Source: a virus
Virus record (IMG/VR): IMGVR_UViG_3300022918_000011
Span: 1 to 64,000 of that record
Length of the DNA stretch: 64,000 bases
Direction: 5' to 3' (one strand)
Each line of letters opens with the position of its first letter. The first letter of the stretch is position 1. The translations under genes and the position numbers were made by a program. The notes below the pieces were generated by a model that ran no database searches, was not told where the DNA came from, and worked only from the letters and a program-made list of their open reading frames with translations. Positions 34,369-42,663 of the stretch are shown here, piece after piece.

Positions 34369-37230
34369 ATGATTTCTTACCTTCAGTTTAAGCCCGACAA
34401 GTCGGACAGGTGGAAGCCCTACACCGATGAGCAGCTGGCTAACAACAAGCTGCCATCGGCCCCGACCTTCCAAACCGTGCTGACGCTGGACCAGGACCCT
34501 GAAGCGCTGGCTGAGCAGGGCATCGACCCGGCCCAGACGGTCAAGTACCTGGGTCCAATGTATCTGGACTTCGACGATGCTAACGACATCGACCGAGTGC
34601 TGGATGAAGTGCGCGCTGTACTGGATTTTCTGATCCACAAGCTGGACATCCCGGAACACTACATCAACTGCTGGTTGTCCGGCGGCAAGGGTGTGCATAT
34701 CACCATTGCTCAGGAACTGTTTGGCGTTAAGTCAGCCACAAAGTTCCTCCCGCTGATCTACCGCGAGATCATGCTGACCATTCAGGAAGGCGCTGGCCTG
34801 CCGCGTGACAGCTCTATCGACGACAGCGTGTACAGCCTCGGCCGTGGCCGGATGTGGCGCTGCGAAGGCATACCTCGGCCAGGCAAGGGCACCTACAAGG
34901 TGGCCACCAGCCCGGACGAGCTGGCCCACATGGACGGCGAGCAGTACCAGATCTTGGTAGCTGCTGCCCGCCCAAACCTGCAGGTCAAGACACCAGGCAA
35001 AGAGATGGTGTCGATGAAGGCCGCGGAGCTGTTCAAGAAGGCCAAGGTCACCGCTGCCAAGCGTGTGCGGGCCATGTCCGAAGCCGTCACCATCCCCAAA
35101 GAAGCACTGCGTCTCTGGGAAGGCGTGCCTGGCTGCATCGAACTGCTGATCACCGAGGGTGATCAGGCTGGGTCCAACTGGAATCAGGCAGCCATGCAGC
35201 TGGCCTCCTACATCGCTGCTCGTTACGAGCGGTCTGAGGAAGCCGAGTACACAACTGACCTGATCGATCCCTTCGTCAAGAATGTCCAGAGCAGCAGCCG
35301 CAGCAGTGAGGCCGAGCGCCGCAAGCACGTCAAGGAACAGCTGAACCGGACCTTCCGGGGCAACTTCAAGCTGTCACCTGGTGCAATCATCGCGGTCATC
35401 GGCGGCAAGTGTGGCAACTGCCCCATCTGCCGCGCTGACATTGCCAGTGGCGACACGGAGCAGAGCGAAGACGGCGACGGGAAGTTTCACCACGCCACCA
35501 AGATCGCCTGGGATGCAGACGGTTACTGGAAAGTGGGTGAGACAGGCCGCCGACAGCTGACAGCGTTCACCTTCTGGGCCACCTGCGAAGTCTTCCAGGC
35601 TACCGAGGGCAACCGCGAAGGGCCGCGTCTTGAGCTGCAGGGCTTCATCATCGACGACGCTGGACACAAGTTCGAAGAGAACATCAGCGAGAACGCCTGG
35701 GGTTCCAAGAAGGAGTTTCTGGCAGCGTTCAAGGGGCTGGGCGAGGCGCAGACATACTGCGGTGACGCGGATCTGCAGTACCTGCTCAAGGCAATCATGT
35801 ACTTCTCTCGGCATGCAGCCGAGGACAAGGAGTTAGATAAAATGACCCGCAGCACTACCTGTGGGGTCGTTCTGGACCAGAAGGGTGGCAAGATCGTCCC
35901 TCACTACATCGAGGCAGACGGTGCTATTACCAACGTCGGGCGCAGCCATTACAAGTTCGACGGCCAGCCTGACCAGTCTCCTGACCTGCTCAGTATCCAG
36001 ACCCCTGTTGCAAACGACACCGAGCTGGAAGTGGCGATCACATCGCTCTGCCAGATCAACGAGCCGGTCGCCGTGGCGCTGACCATGGGTTGGATGGTGG
36101 CCTGCCACTATCGCCAGCACATTCAGTTCGAGGAGCCGCAGTTTCCGCTGCTCAACCTCAACGGTAACGCTGGCAGCGGCAAGACCTCGATGGCCGTGCT
36201 GATGTGCATGCTCAACGGGATTGATTACGGCAAGGTGCCGTACATGAACGTCGAGGTGGGCACCATGTGGCCACTGATCCGCTACATCACCTCGACCACC
36301 ACCATCCCCCGGCTGGTGGAAGAGGTCAACCCGCTGACCTGCGGCAACAACTACGCCCGTGTCGTCGGCTTGTTCAAGGCTTCATGGAACAAGGCGCCGG
36401 TGTCCCGCGGCATGCTACGAGACCGAGAGATGTCGGTCAACGATGACCGGGTCCAGGCCCCCATCGTCTTCACCAGCGAGCAAACGTCGACCAGCCCAGC
36501 CATCCGTGACCGGACAGTTGAAGTGACGCTCAAGGGTAAGACCCGCACCAACCCCAAGTACAAAGAGCATTACCAGAAGGCCATGGCCAGACGGCAGTCT
36601 CTGCTCGGGTTGGCCAAGGCGCTGCTGACGGTGTCGATGCACACTCACCCGAAGAAGCTGATGGAGATCTTCCGCAGCAAGGACAAGCTGATCAAGGAAC
36701 AGATCGCCGATCGGCCCCGCTGGAGCTACCAGACCTGCCTGACAGGGCTGCACATGCTGGCCCACACCATGCGGGAGTTCAAGATCAAGGGTGTCGAGGA
36801 AGTCGAGAAGCTGGAAGCGGCACTGGTCGCCTACCTGGGCGGCGTTGTTGTCGACGAGAGCCGCAGCAAGTCAGCGTCTGAAGTCGGCAAGGTGTTGGAA
36901 GTGCTCAACACGCTGGCTGATGACACCGCTGAGCCTCGCGATGCGTTGGTGGCTGGCAAGCATTACTGGCTGCAGGGTGACAGCCTGTACCTGGTAGCGC
37001 AGTCCTGCCATCCAAACTACCTGCGGTATATGCGCAGCATCGGTGAGCCGGCGGTCATTCGCCAGCTGGACCAGCTGACGAGGCTGCTCAGTGGTGAGGT
37101 CTACCATGTCCGCACCGAGCCGCACCCAGCCAAGAAGGCCGAAGTATTCGTTATCAGCCTGGAAAAGGCTGCCGAGTACGGGGCCTACCTCAACAACTTT
37201 AAAGAAAGCGATTTCGACGGGAGAGAGTGA
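34369..37230 (+). CDS. AEP-type primase fused to P-loop helicase
   Basis: YLDFD, SGGKGVH (AEP motifs), CGNCPIC, GNAGSGKT. Confidence 0.85.
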   Translation: MISYLQFKPDKSDRWKPYTDEQLANNKLPSAPTFQTVLTLDQDPEALAEQGIDPAQTVKYLGPMYLDFDDANDIDRVLDEVRAVLDFLIHKLDIPEHYINCWLSGGKGVHITIAQELFGVKSATKFLPLIYREIMLTIQEGAGLPRDSSIDDSVYSLGRGRMWRCEGIPRPGKGTYKVATSPDELAHMDGEQYQILVAAARPNLQVKTPGKEMVSMKAAELFKKAKVTAAKRVRAMSEAVTIPKEALRLWEGVPGCIELLITEGDQAGSNWNQAAMQLASYIAARYERSEEAEYTTDLIDPFVKNVQSSSRSSEAERRKHVKEQLNRTFRGNFKLSPGAIIAVIGGKCGNCPICRADIASGDTEQSEDGDGKFHHATKIAWDADGYWKVGETGRRQLTAFTFWATCEVFQATEGNREGPRLELQGFIIDDAGHKFEENISENAWGSKKEFLAAFKGLGEAQTYCGDADLQYLLKAIMYFSRHAAEDKELDKMTRSTTCGVVLDQKGGKIVPHYIEADGAITNVGRSHYKFDGQPDQSPDLLSIQTPVANDTELEVAITSLCQINEPVAVALTMGWMVACHYRQHIQFEEPQFPLLNLNGNAGSGKTSMAVLMCMLNGIDYGKVPYMNVEVGTMWPLIRYITSTTTIPRLVEEVNPLTCGNNYARVVGLFKASWNKAPVSRGMLRDREMSVNDDRVQAPIVFTSEQTSTSPAIRDRTVEVTLKGKTRTNPKYKEHYQKAMARRQSLLGLAKALLTVSMHTHPKKLMEIFRSKDKLIKEQIADRPRWSYQTCLTGLHMLAHTMREFKIKGVEEVEKLEAALVAYLGGVVVDESRSKSASEVGKVLEVLNTLADDTAEPRDALVAGKHYWLQGDSLYLVAQSCHPNYLRYMRSIGEPAVIRQLDQLTRLLSGEVYHVRTEPHPAKKAEVFVISLEKAAEYGAYLNNFKESDFDGRE

Positions 37231-37469
37231 TGCAAGTTGACATGACAGAGGTGTGCGCTGACCCCGTGGACCGAGCCAGCCTGGAGGAGCAGCGCAACCT
37301 GCAGCTCAACATCCAGGCAGCGTTGGCCAAGACGGTCAAGGCCCTGCCCTACATCGGGCAGTGCTACAACTGTGACGAACTCCTCCCGCCAGGCAACCGG
37401 TTCTGCGATGCAGACTGCCGGGACGATCACCAGAAGCGTGAACGCAGCCGATCAGTGCGAGGGGTGTAG
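37227..37469 (+). CDS. DksA/TraR-like zinc-finger protein
   Basis: DPVDRA tip motif, CYNC...FCDADC. Confidence 0.75.
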   Translation: MMQVDMTEVCADPVDRASLEEQRNLQLNIQAALAKTVKALPYIGQCYNCDELLPPGNRFCDADCRDDHQKRERSRSVRGV

Positions 37470-37471
37470 TC

Positions 37472-39151
37472 ATGGCTACGGCCAAACTGAGTGACCTAAT
37501 GCTGTCGGTCGGGGTGCTTGATGCACCCGAGTGGTTCGACCAGATCGGGCTGCCTTTCTGGCCGATGCCACACCAGCTGGACATGGTGAAGACCTACCCC
37601 CGCAACATGCGCTTCCTCGATGCCGGCGAACCCGGCATCGGCAAGACGTTTCCAGCGCAGATCCACGCCATCTTGATGGCAGCGTTGGGAAACAAGGTGG
37701 TGTTCACCATGCCGCCCAAGCTGATCCTTCAGTTTTACCGGGAGTTCTTCGCGTTCTTCGAGGGCATCGGGTCGAAGCTGAAGATCTGCCATATGGATGT
37801 GGGGGCCAAGGGCAAGCAGGACTTGATGGCTGACTGGGAAGCCAATGGCTGGCCAGACATCCTGATCGTCAGCTACGGCACCTTCAGGCTGCTGAACGAC
37901 CTGCACAGCGGGAAGAACATCGGCATGAACATGTGGAAGCTGCGCAAGAAGGACAGCATCGGCGCTCCGGACGAGTTCTCGACGCCGTACTTCGACGCAG
38001 ATGGCAACCCTGTCTCTCCCAAGTCGCAGCCCTACACCAAGGACGGACGCCGGATCGGCAAGGACGGCAAGGCGCCCAACCCGTACAAGCTGCTGCTGAT
38101 GCGGCGCGGTTACCATGTGATGTTCTTCGACGAGGCTCACGCCCTGTGCGGGATGGATTCCATCCTGTCCAAGTCGGTGGCTGACATGTCCGAGGACCTG
38201 GGTGATGAGGTGGCCATCTACCTCATGACCGGAACGCCCATCCCGACCCACCTGCATGACGTCTACGGCATCATCAGGCTGATCAACCCTAAAGCGTACC
38301 AAGGCAAGGCGTCGTTCCTGCGCCAGCACTGCATCACCACGGAGTTCAACGTTCAGACGAATACGCCAGGCAAGACGCGGCGGATCAGCAGCATCGTCGA
38401 CTACGTGGACACGGACAAGATCTACAACTCGCTCTGGCTCAACGCAAGTCGAGTGCAGAAGCGCGACGTGATCACCATCCCTGACCCGGTCATCAGCGAG
38501 GTGCCGGTGAAACTGACCGGGCCACACCGCAAGTTGTATCGGGACATCATCAAGAATCGGTTCGCCATTCTGGGTGACAGTGTTTTGGCGCCGGATAACC
38601 AGTCGCAGCTGCGGCACATGGCGCTGCAGCTGATCAGCTGCCCAGAGCACTACGGCTTTGTCGGGGTGAACGAGGTGGCTGTTGCAGCGGGTGAGTTGGT
38701 GGACAGCATTCGGCCCGCGCCGGATCGCAAGCTGATCATCTTCGCCTACTACAAGTCAGCCATGGAATCGCTGCAGAAACAGTTCGCCAGCTACAAACCG
38801 GCGGTGGTGTATGGCGCCACCAACGACAGCCAGGCAGAGATCGACAGGTTCAGCCAGGACCCGAACAGCTGCGTGCTGATCATCAACTGGATTTCTGGTG
38901 GCGCGGGCCTAAACTTGCAGATGGCCAACTACATCATGTTTTACGAATGCCCAACGTCTCCCAAGGACGCCAAGCAGGCCATCGCCCGGGCCGACAGGAA
39001 GGGCCAGCAGAAGATCGTCAACGTGTACTTCCTCCGGGTTCTGGACACGCTGTCGGATAAGAATTTCAAGGCTCTGCTCAAGAACGAGGCGAGCAATAAC
39101 CGCGCGATCCGAGACAAACATGACCTGCTGCACGAGCTCATGATTGCCTGA
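37472..39151 (+). CDS. SNF2-family (SF2) helicase
   Basis: EPGIGKT, DEAH, MTGTP, GLNLQ, QAIARADRKGQ. Confidence 0.92.
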   Translation: MATAKLSDLMLSVGVLDAPEWFDQIGLPFWPMPHQLDMVKTYPRNMRFLDAGEPGIGKTFPAQIHAILMAALGNKVVFTMPPKLILQFYREFFAFFEGIGSKLKICHMDVGAKGKQDLMADWEANGWPDILIVSYGTFRLLNDLHSGKNIGMNMWKLRKKDSIGAPDEFSTPYFDADGNPVSPKSQPYTKDGRRIGKDGKAPNPYKLLLMRRGYHVMFFDEAHALCGMDSILSKSVADMSEDLGDEVAIYLMTGTPIPTHLHDVYGIIRLINPKAYQGKASFLRQHCITTEFNVQTNTPGKTRRISSIVDYVDTDKIYNSLWLNASRVQKRDVITIPDPVISEVPVKLTGPHRKLYRDIIKNRFAILGDSVLAPDNQSQLRHMALQLISCPEHYGFVGVNEVAVAAGELVDSIRPAPDRKLIIFAYYKSAMESLQKQFASYKPAVVYGATNDSQAEIDRFSQDPNSCVLIINWISGGAGLNLQMANYIMFYECPTSPKDAKQAIARADRKGQQKIVNVYFLRVLDTLSDKNFKALLKNEASNNRAIRDKHDLLHELMIA

Positions 39152-39166
39152 CGGTGTTTCATGTTG

Positions 39167-39195
39167 TTGACAGTGTGTTAAGTCGTAGATACAGT
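39167..39195 (+). promoter_or_regulatory. strong sigma70 promoter
   Basis: TTGACA (39167-39172), 17 bp, TACAGT (39190-39195). Confidence 0.8.
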
Positions 39196-39288
39196 TGCTC
39201 CAGTTCCAAACCTGCACCCCGGATAACACGGTGGGTGCCGATGAATCCCCAAAATTATTTCCAACCCAATCTGAATGAGATAACTATC

Positions 39289-40233
39289 ATGGCACTTCGC
39301 AAACCTTCAGTTACAGACGCAGTAAAAACCTCCACCGCAGCTGTGGTTGAGAAAGAGCCAGTGGTCAAGGCAGTGGAAACCAAGGCAGTTGAAACTGCAA
39401 AGGTCGACACCGCTGAAGTGAAAGACGATGCGCCGCTGGAAGGCGAGCTGGTCAATGACGCAGCCGACGCCGCCGCTGATGATGCAGCTGAGCCGGAAGT
39501 TGAAACCCCGGAAGTAGAAACCGAAGTTGTTGACGCTGAAGCCCAACCGGAAGCGGTCGCTGAAGCACTGGTTGAGTCTGCTGAATCGGGCAAGGCTGTT
39601 GCGGTGAAGCAGGAAAATACTGCGGTAGTCGCAAGCCCCAACGCGGTTCGCGGTGCGCTGGCACAGTTCAGCGAAGACCTGGCCAGCCAGGGCTATGAAG
39701 GCATGCAGCTAACCGGTATGTCGTTCGACCGTGTGAAGCTGCACGAGAATGACTTCAAGCTGGGCAGCGATGAGATCAGCCTGGGTCAGACTCTGGATGT
39801 TCAGATCATGTCGACCCGCCCTCTGTACATCGTGCGTCAGCACGACGGCAGCGGCGCTGAGATCTTCTACAGCTACGACAAGAACGGTCTACTGAACACC
39901 GATGGCTCCAGCGCCCAGGAAACTCTGGACAACTGGAAAGAAGACGGCTACGGCGTTGAAGGTTCCCCGCTGAACATCAAGGAATACAGCGAGGCCATGG
40001 CGCAAATCGTCGGTCGAGACGACGAGCACGAGGGCCTGATGGTCATGCTGTCGATCCCGCCAGCTTCCCGTAACCGCCTGGCTGGTGCGTTCGCTGTTGG
40101 TAGACAGCGTCTGAAGGTTGACCCGTCGAACCTGATCGTCCGCTGCAAGGTGGGCAACAAGATCGGCTCCGGCGAAGAAGCCTTCCGCCCTTGGGTGTTC
40201 ACTGCCCACCGTGTCGCGGAAGCCGCTGAGTAA
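39289..40233 (+). CDS. putative ssDNA-binding protein with long acidic N-terminal extension
   Basis: Own promoter and terminator, high-expression codons, replication context; function inferred. Confidence 0.6.
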   Translation: MALRKPSVTDAVKTSTAAVVEKEPVVKAVETKAVETAKVDTAEVKDDAPLEGELVNDAADAAADDAAEPEVETPEVETEVVDAEAQPEAVAEALVESAESGKAVAVKQENTAVVASPNAVRGALAQFSEDLASQGYEGMQLTGMSFDRVKLHENDFKLGSDEISLGQTLDVQIMSTRPLYIVRQHDGSGAEIFYSYDKNGLLNTDGSSAQETLDNWKEDGYGVEGSPLNIKEYSEAMAQIVGRDDEHEGLMVMLSIPPASRNRLAGAFAVGRQRLKVDPSNLIVRCKVGNKIGSGEEAFRPWVFTAHRVAEAAE

Positions 40234-40252
40234 TCAGCTGCTCTGAAGTGCG

Positions 40253-40281
40253 AACCCCGACTAGAAATAGTCGGGGTTTTT
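40253..40281 (+). terminator. intrinsic terminator
   Basis: AACCCCGACTA-gaaa-TAGTCGGGGTT plus T tract. Confidence 0.85.
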
Positions 40282-40310
40282 AATACCTAAAATTCCTTGG
40301 AAATCAAAGC

Positions 40311-40880
40311 ATGACCACTAAATTGACCGCTGAGCAGCTGCAGAAAATCACTGAAACCCCGTTCGACGTTATGGTCGACACGCTCGCCAAACCCGGCCAA
40401 GCGATCAAGGATACCCTGTCGTTCATCAAGTTCCTGAACCTGCTGCAGATCTGCACCAAGGTGATTGACAAGGGCAACGAGCTGGACACCATCAAGAAGG
40501 CCGTCATCTACAACAAGGACGCCACGGCACTGCCGCAGTTCTTCCTGCCGAGCAGCCAGAAGCTGGCCGAAGCACACGACAGCCTGACACCTGAGCAGCT
40601 GCATCTGCTGCACATGGCGGTTGGCCTGGCCGGTGAAGCTGGCGAGATGCTGGAGCAGGTAGTGCGCCACATCCTCGGCGAGGCGCTGGACGAAGAGAAC
40701 GTTGTGGAAGAAGCCGGCGATGCCACCTTCTACGTCGTGGGCCTGCTTAACGGCGTGAAGAAGTCCCTGGGTGAAGCGCTGCAGGCCAACAAGTTGAAGC
40801 TGCTCGGCAAGCGTTACGCCTCCGGTGCATACAGCGACCAGCAAGCACAGGACCGGGCTGACAAACCCGCCGGCCAATGA
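40311..40880 (+). CDS. MazG-like nucleotide pyrophosphohydrolase
   Basis: HMAVGLAGEAGE...EEAGD..FY...N..KL..RY. Confidence 0.88.
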   Translation: MTTKLTAEQLQKITETPFDVMVDTLAKPGQAIKDTLSFIKFLNLLQICTKVIDKGNELDTIKKAVIYNKDATALPQFFLPSSQKLAEAHDSLTPEQLHLLHMAVGLAGEAGEMLEQVVRHILGEALDEENVVEEAGDATFYVVGLLNGVKKSLGEALQANKLKLLGKRYASGAYSDQQAQDRADKPAGQ

Positions 40881-41140
40881 ACGAGTTCAACAGGCGCAAG
40901 GATGATCACCACGGGATCAAGAAGTTATTGCTCCTGGTCGTCTGCTTGTTGATCGGCAGCATCCTGGCTGCCGCCCTGATCGTCTGGGTTTACACAGAAG
41001 TCGATCGGGCACGGTGCGAGGCCAACGGTGACGAGACCGGCCGCGACACCCGTTACACCTTCCTCGTCGGCTGCATGGTCAAGCTTCCAGCTGGGAAATG
41101 GTTTCCACGGGAAGAAGTCCGGCAGATTCAGCGCAACTAA
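40877..41140 (+). CDS. single-pass membrane protein
   Basis: TM helix then C...G...Y...GC.V...W.P. Confidence 0.7.
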   Translation: MNEFNRRKDDHHGIKKLLLLVVCLLIGSILAAALIVWVYTEVDRARCEANGDETGRDTRYTFLVGCMVKLPAGKWFPREEVRQIQRN

Positions 41141-41146
41141 ATTTAT

Positions 41147-41170
41147 GACCCGGCTTCGGCCGGGTCTTTT
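41147..41170 (+). terminator. intrinsic terminator
   Basis: GACCCGGC-ttcg-GCCGGGTC-TTTT. Confidence 0.85.
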
Positions 41171-41186
41171 GTTCTAAGGAATTGGC

Positions 41187-41822
41187 ATGAAAGCAGAACT
41201 CGTAGATTTTATGGGCACCGACCTGACAGTGGTTAACGCTGCCCGGGTGTCAATGGCCAAGCATAAAGACGTTCTCGACGCTGGCGATGAGAAGCTGATC
41301 AGCTACCTGGCCTCGCATGGTCACTGGACCCCAGCGTCCCACCCGATGATCCAGATGCGCGAAACGGTACCGATCTTTGTGGCGCGGCAGCGGTTCAAGC
41401 ACATGGTCGGGTTCACCTACAACGAAGTGTCCAGGCGCTATGTTGACGACACCCCTGAGTTCTACGTTCCCGACGTGTGGCGCAGCCGCCCGGACGGTAG
41501 CATCAAGCAAGGCAGCGCTGGAGCCCACCCCCGCAGTCACATGTGGTCAGCGGCTTACGACCTGTTCATCGACCAGTGTGTTGAGCTGTACGAGGGCATG
41601 ATCGCTGACGGCGTGGCGCCAGAGCAGGCCCGCATGGTCTTGCCTCAGTCGATGCTGACCAGCTACTACGTCACAGGCAGCCTGTTTGCATGGGCTCGTG
41701 CGTACAAGCAGCGGGTCGATGCTCACGCCCAGCACGAGATTCAAGTGCTCGGGCACCAGTGGGGCGAGATCCTGAAACCGTTGTTCCCTGTCAGCTGGGC
41801 AGCGTTTGCGGAGGCAGCATGA
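41187..41822 (+). CDS. thyX: FAD-dependent thymidylate synthase
   Basis: VVNAARVS, PIFVARQ..KH...NEVSRRY, EQAR.VLP, HAQ.EI. Confidence 0.95.
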   Translation: MKAELVDFMGTDLTVVNAARVSMAKHKDVLDAGDEKLISYLASHGHWTPASHPMIQMRETVPIFVARQRFKHMVGFTYNEVSRRYVDDTPEFYVPDVWRSRPDGSIKQGSAGAHPRSHMWSAAYDLFIDQCVELYEGMIADGVAPEQARMVLPQSMLTSYYVTGSLFAWARAYKQRVDAHAQHEIQVLGHQWGEILKPLFPVSWAAFAEAA

Positions 41823-42382
41823 TCAAGCACGGCATCTCAATCGATCTCGAAACCCTTGGCCTGCACAACGACGCGCCGATCTTTGCCATTGGCGCCTGCC
41901 GGTTCAACTATGACGGCAGCGATTGGGGAATTGGCCAAGGCCAGTATTTCTCCATGGAAGTGAACCCGGAGGGCCAAGGCCACCCGCAGGTCAGCAACCT
42001 GTTCTTCTGGCTGCAGAACGACACCCGACAGCTGTTCGCCAGCCAGTATGCTGACCCACTGGACGGCGTACTTCTGAAGCTGAACGAGTGGTTCGCTGAC
42101 TTCGAAGGCAACATCTGGATCCGCGGCAATAAGGATTCGGTATGGCTGGAGTCGGCGTATGCCAGGCACCCAGGCATCAAACCACCGTTCCGCTACAACC
42201 AGTTCCGTGAGGTCCGCACGCTGATCGACTTCGCTCAGCAGGTGGTGCCGCATGACGAGCGGCTGAACCGAGGGTTCACGCTGCCCGAACGCTGGGAGCA
42301 GGAACACGAGGCTCTGGACGACGCGCGGTACCAAGCCCGCTGCATCCAGGCTGTGTACAAAGCCTTCCCGATCAAGGAGTAA
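41819..42382 (+). CDS. DEDDh 3'-5' exo(ribo)nuclease (DUF5051-like)
   Basis: IDLETL, IGA, REVRT, HEALDDARYQ. Confidence 0.85.
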   Translation: MIKHGISIDLETLGLHNDAPIFAIGACRFNYDGSDWGIGQGQYFSMEVNPEGQGHPQVSNLFFWLQNDTRQLFASQYADPLDGVLLKLNEWFADFEGNIWIRGNKDSVWLESAYARHPGIKPPFRYNQFREVRTLIDFAQQVVPHDERLNRGFTLPERWEQEHEALDDARYQARCIQAVYKAFPIKE

Positions 42383-42386
42383 CTAC

Positions 42387-42659
42387 ATGCGTCCATTGAA
42401 ATTCACCCTCGACGGCGGACTGAACACGCTGACCTTGAAAGGTCGTTTGCACGGCCGTGGCCACCTCGCGTTCCAGCGTCGCAAACTGACTTACTGGTCC
42501 ACCGTGGTGGAGCGCGAGGAAGAGAGCACCTACATTCTCTTTGTCGCTGCAACCGGCGAAGAACTACCGGCTGGCTACAACGTTGAGTACCTGGGTACCG
42601 CGATGAGCACTGCCGAAGACATCGTGCTCCACCTGTACCGTCTGGACCCAAAGGAGTAA
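42387..42659 (+). CDS. conserved phage protein
   Basis: TGEELP...YLGT...VLHLY. Confidence 0.75.
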   Translation: MRPLKFTLDGGLNTLTLKGRLHGRGHLAFQRRKLTYWSTVVEREEESTYILFVAATGEELPAGYNVEYLGTAMSTAEDIVLHLYRLDPKE

Positions 42660-42663
42660 CCCC

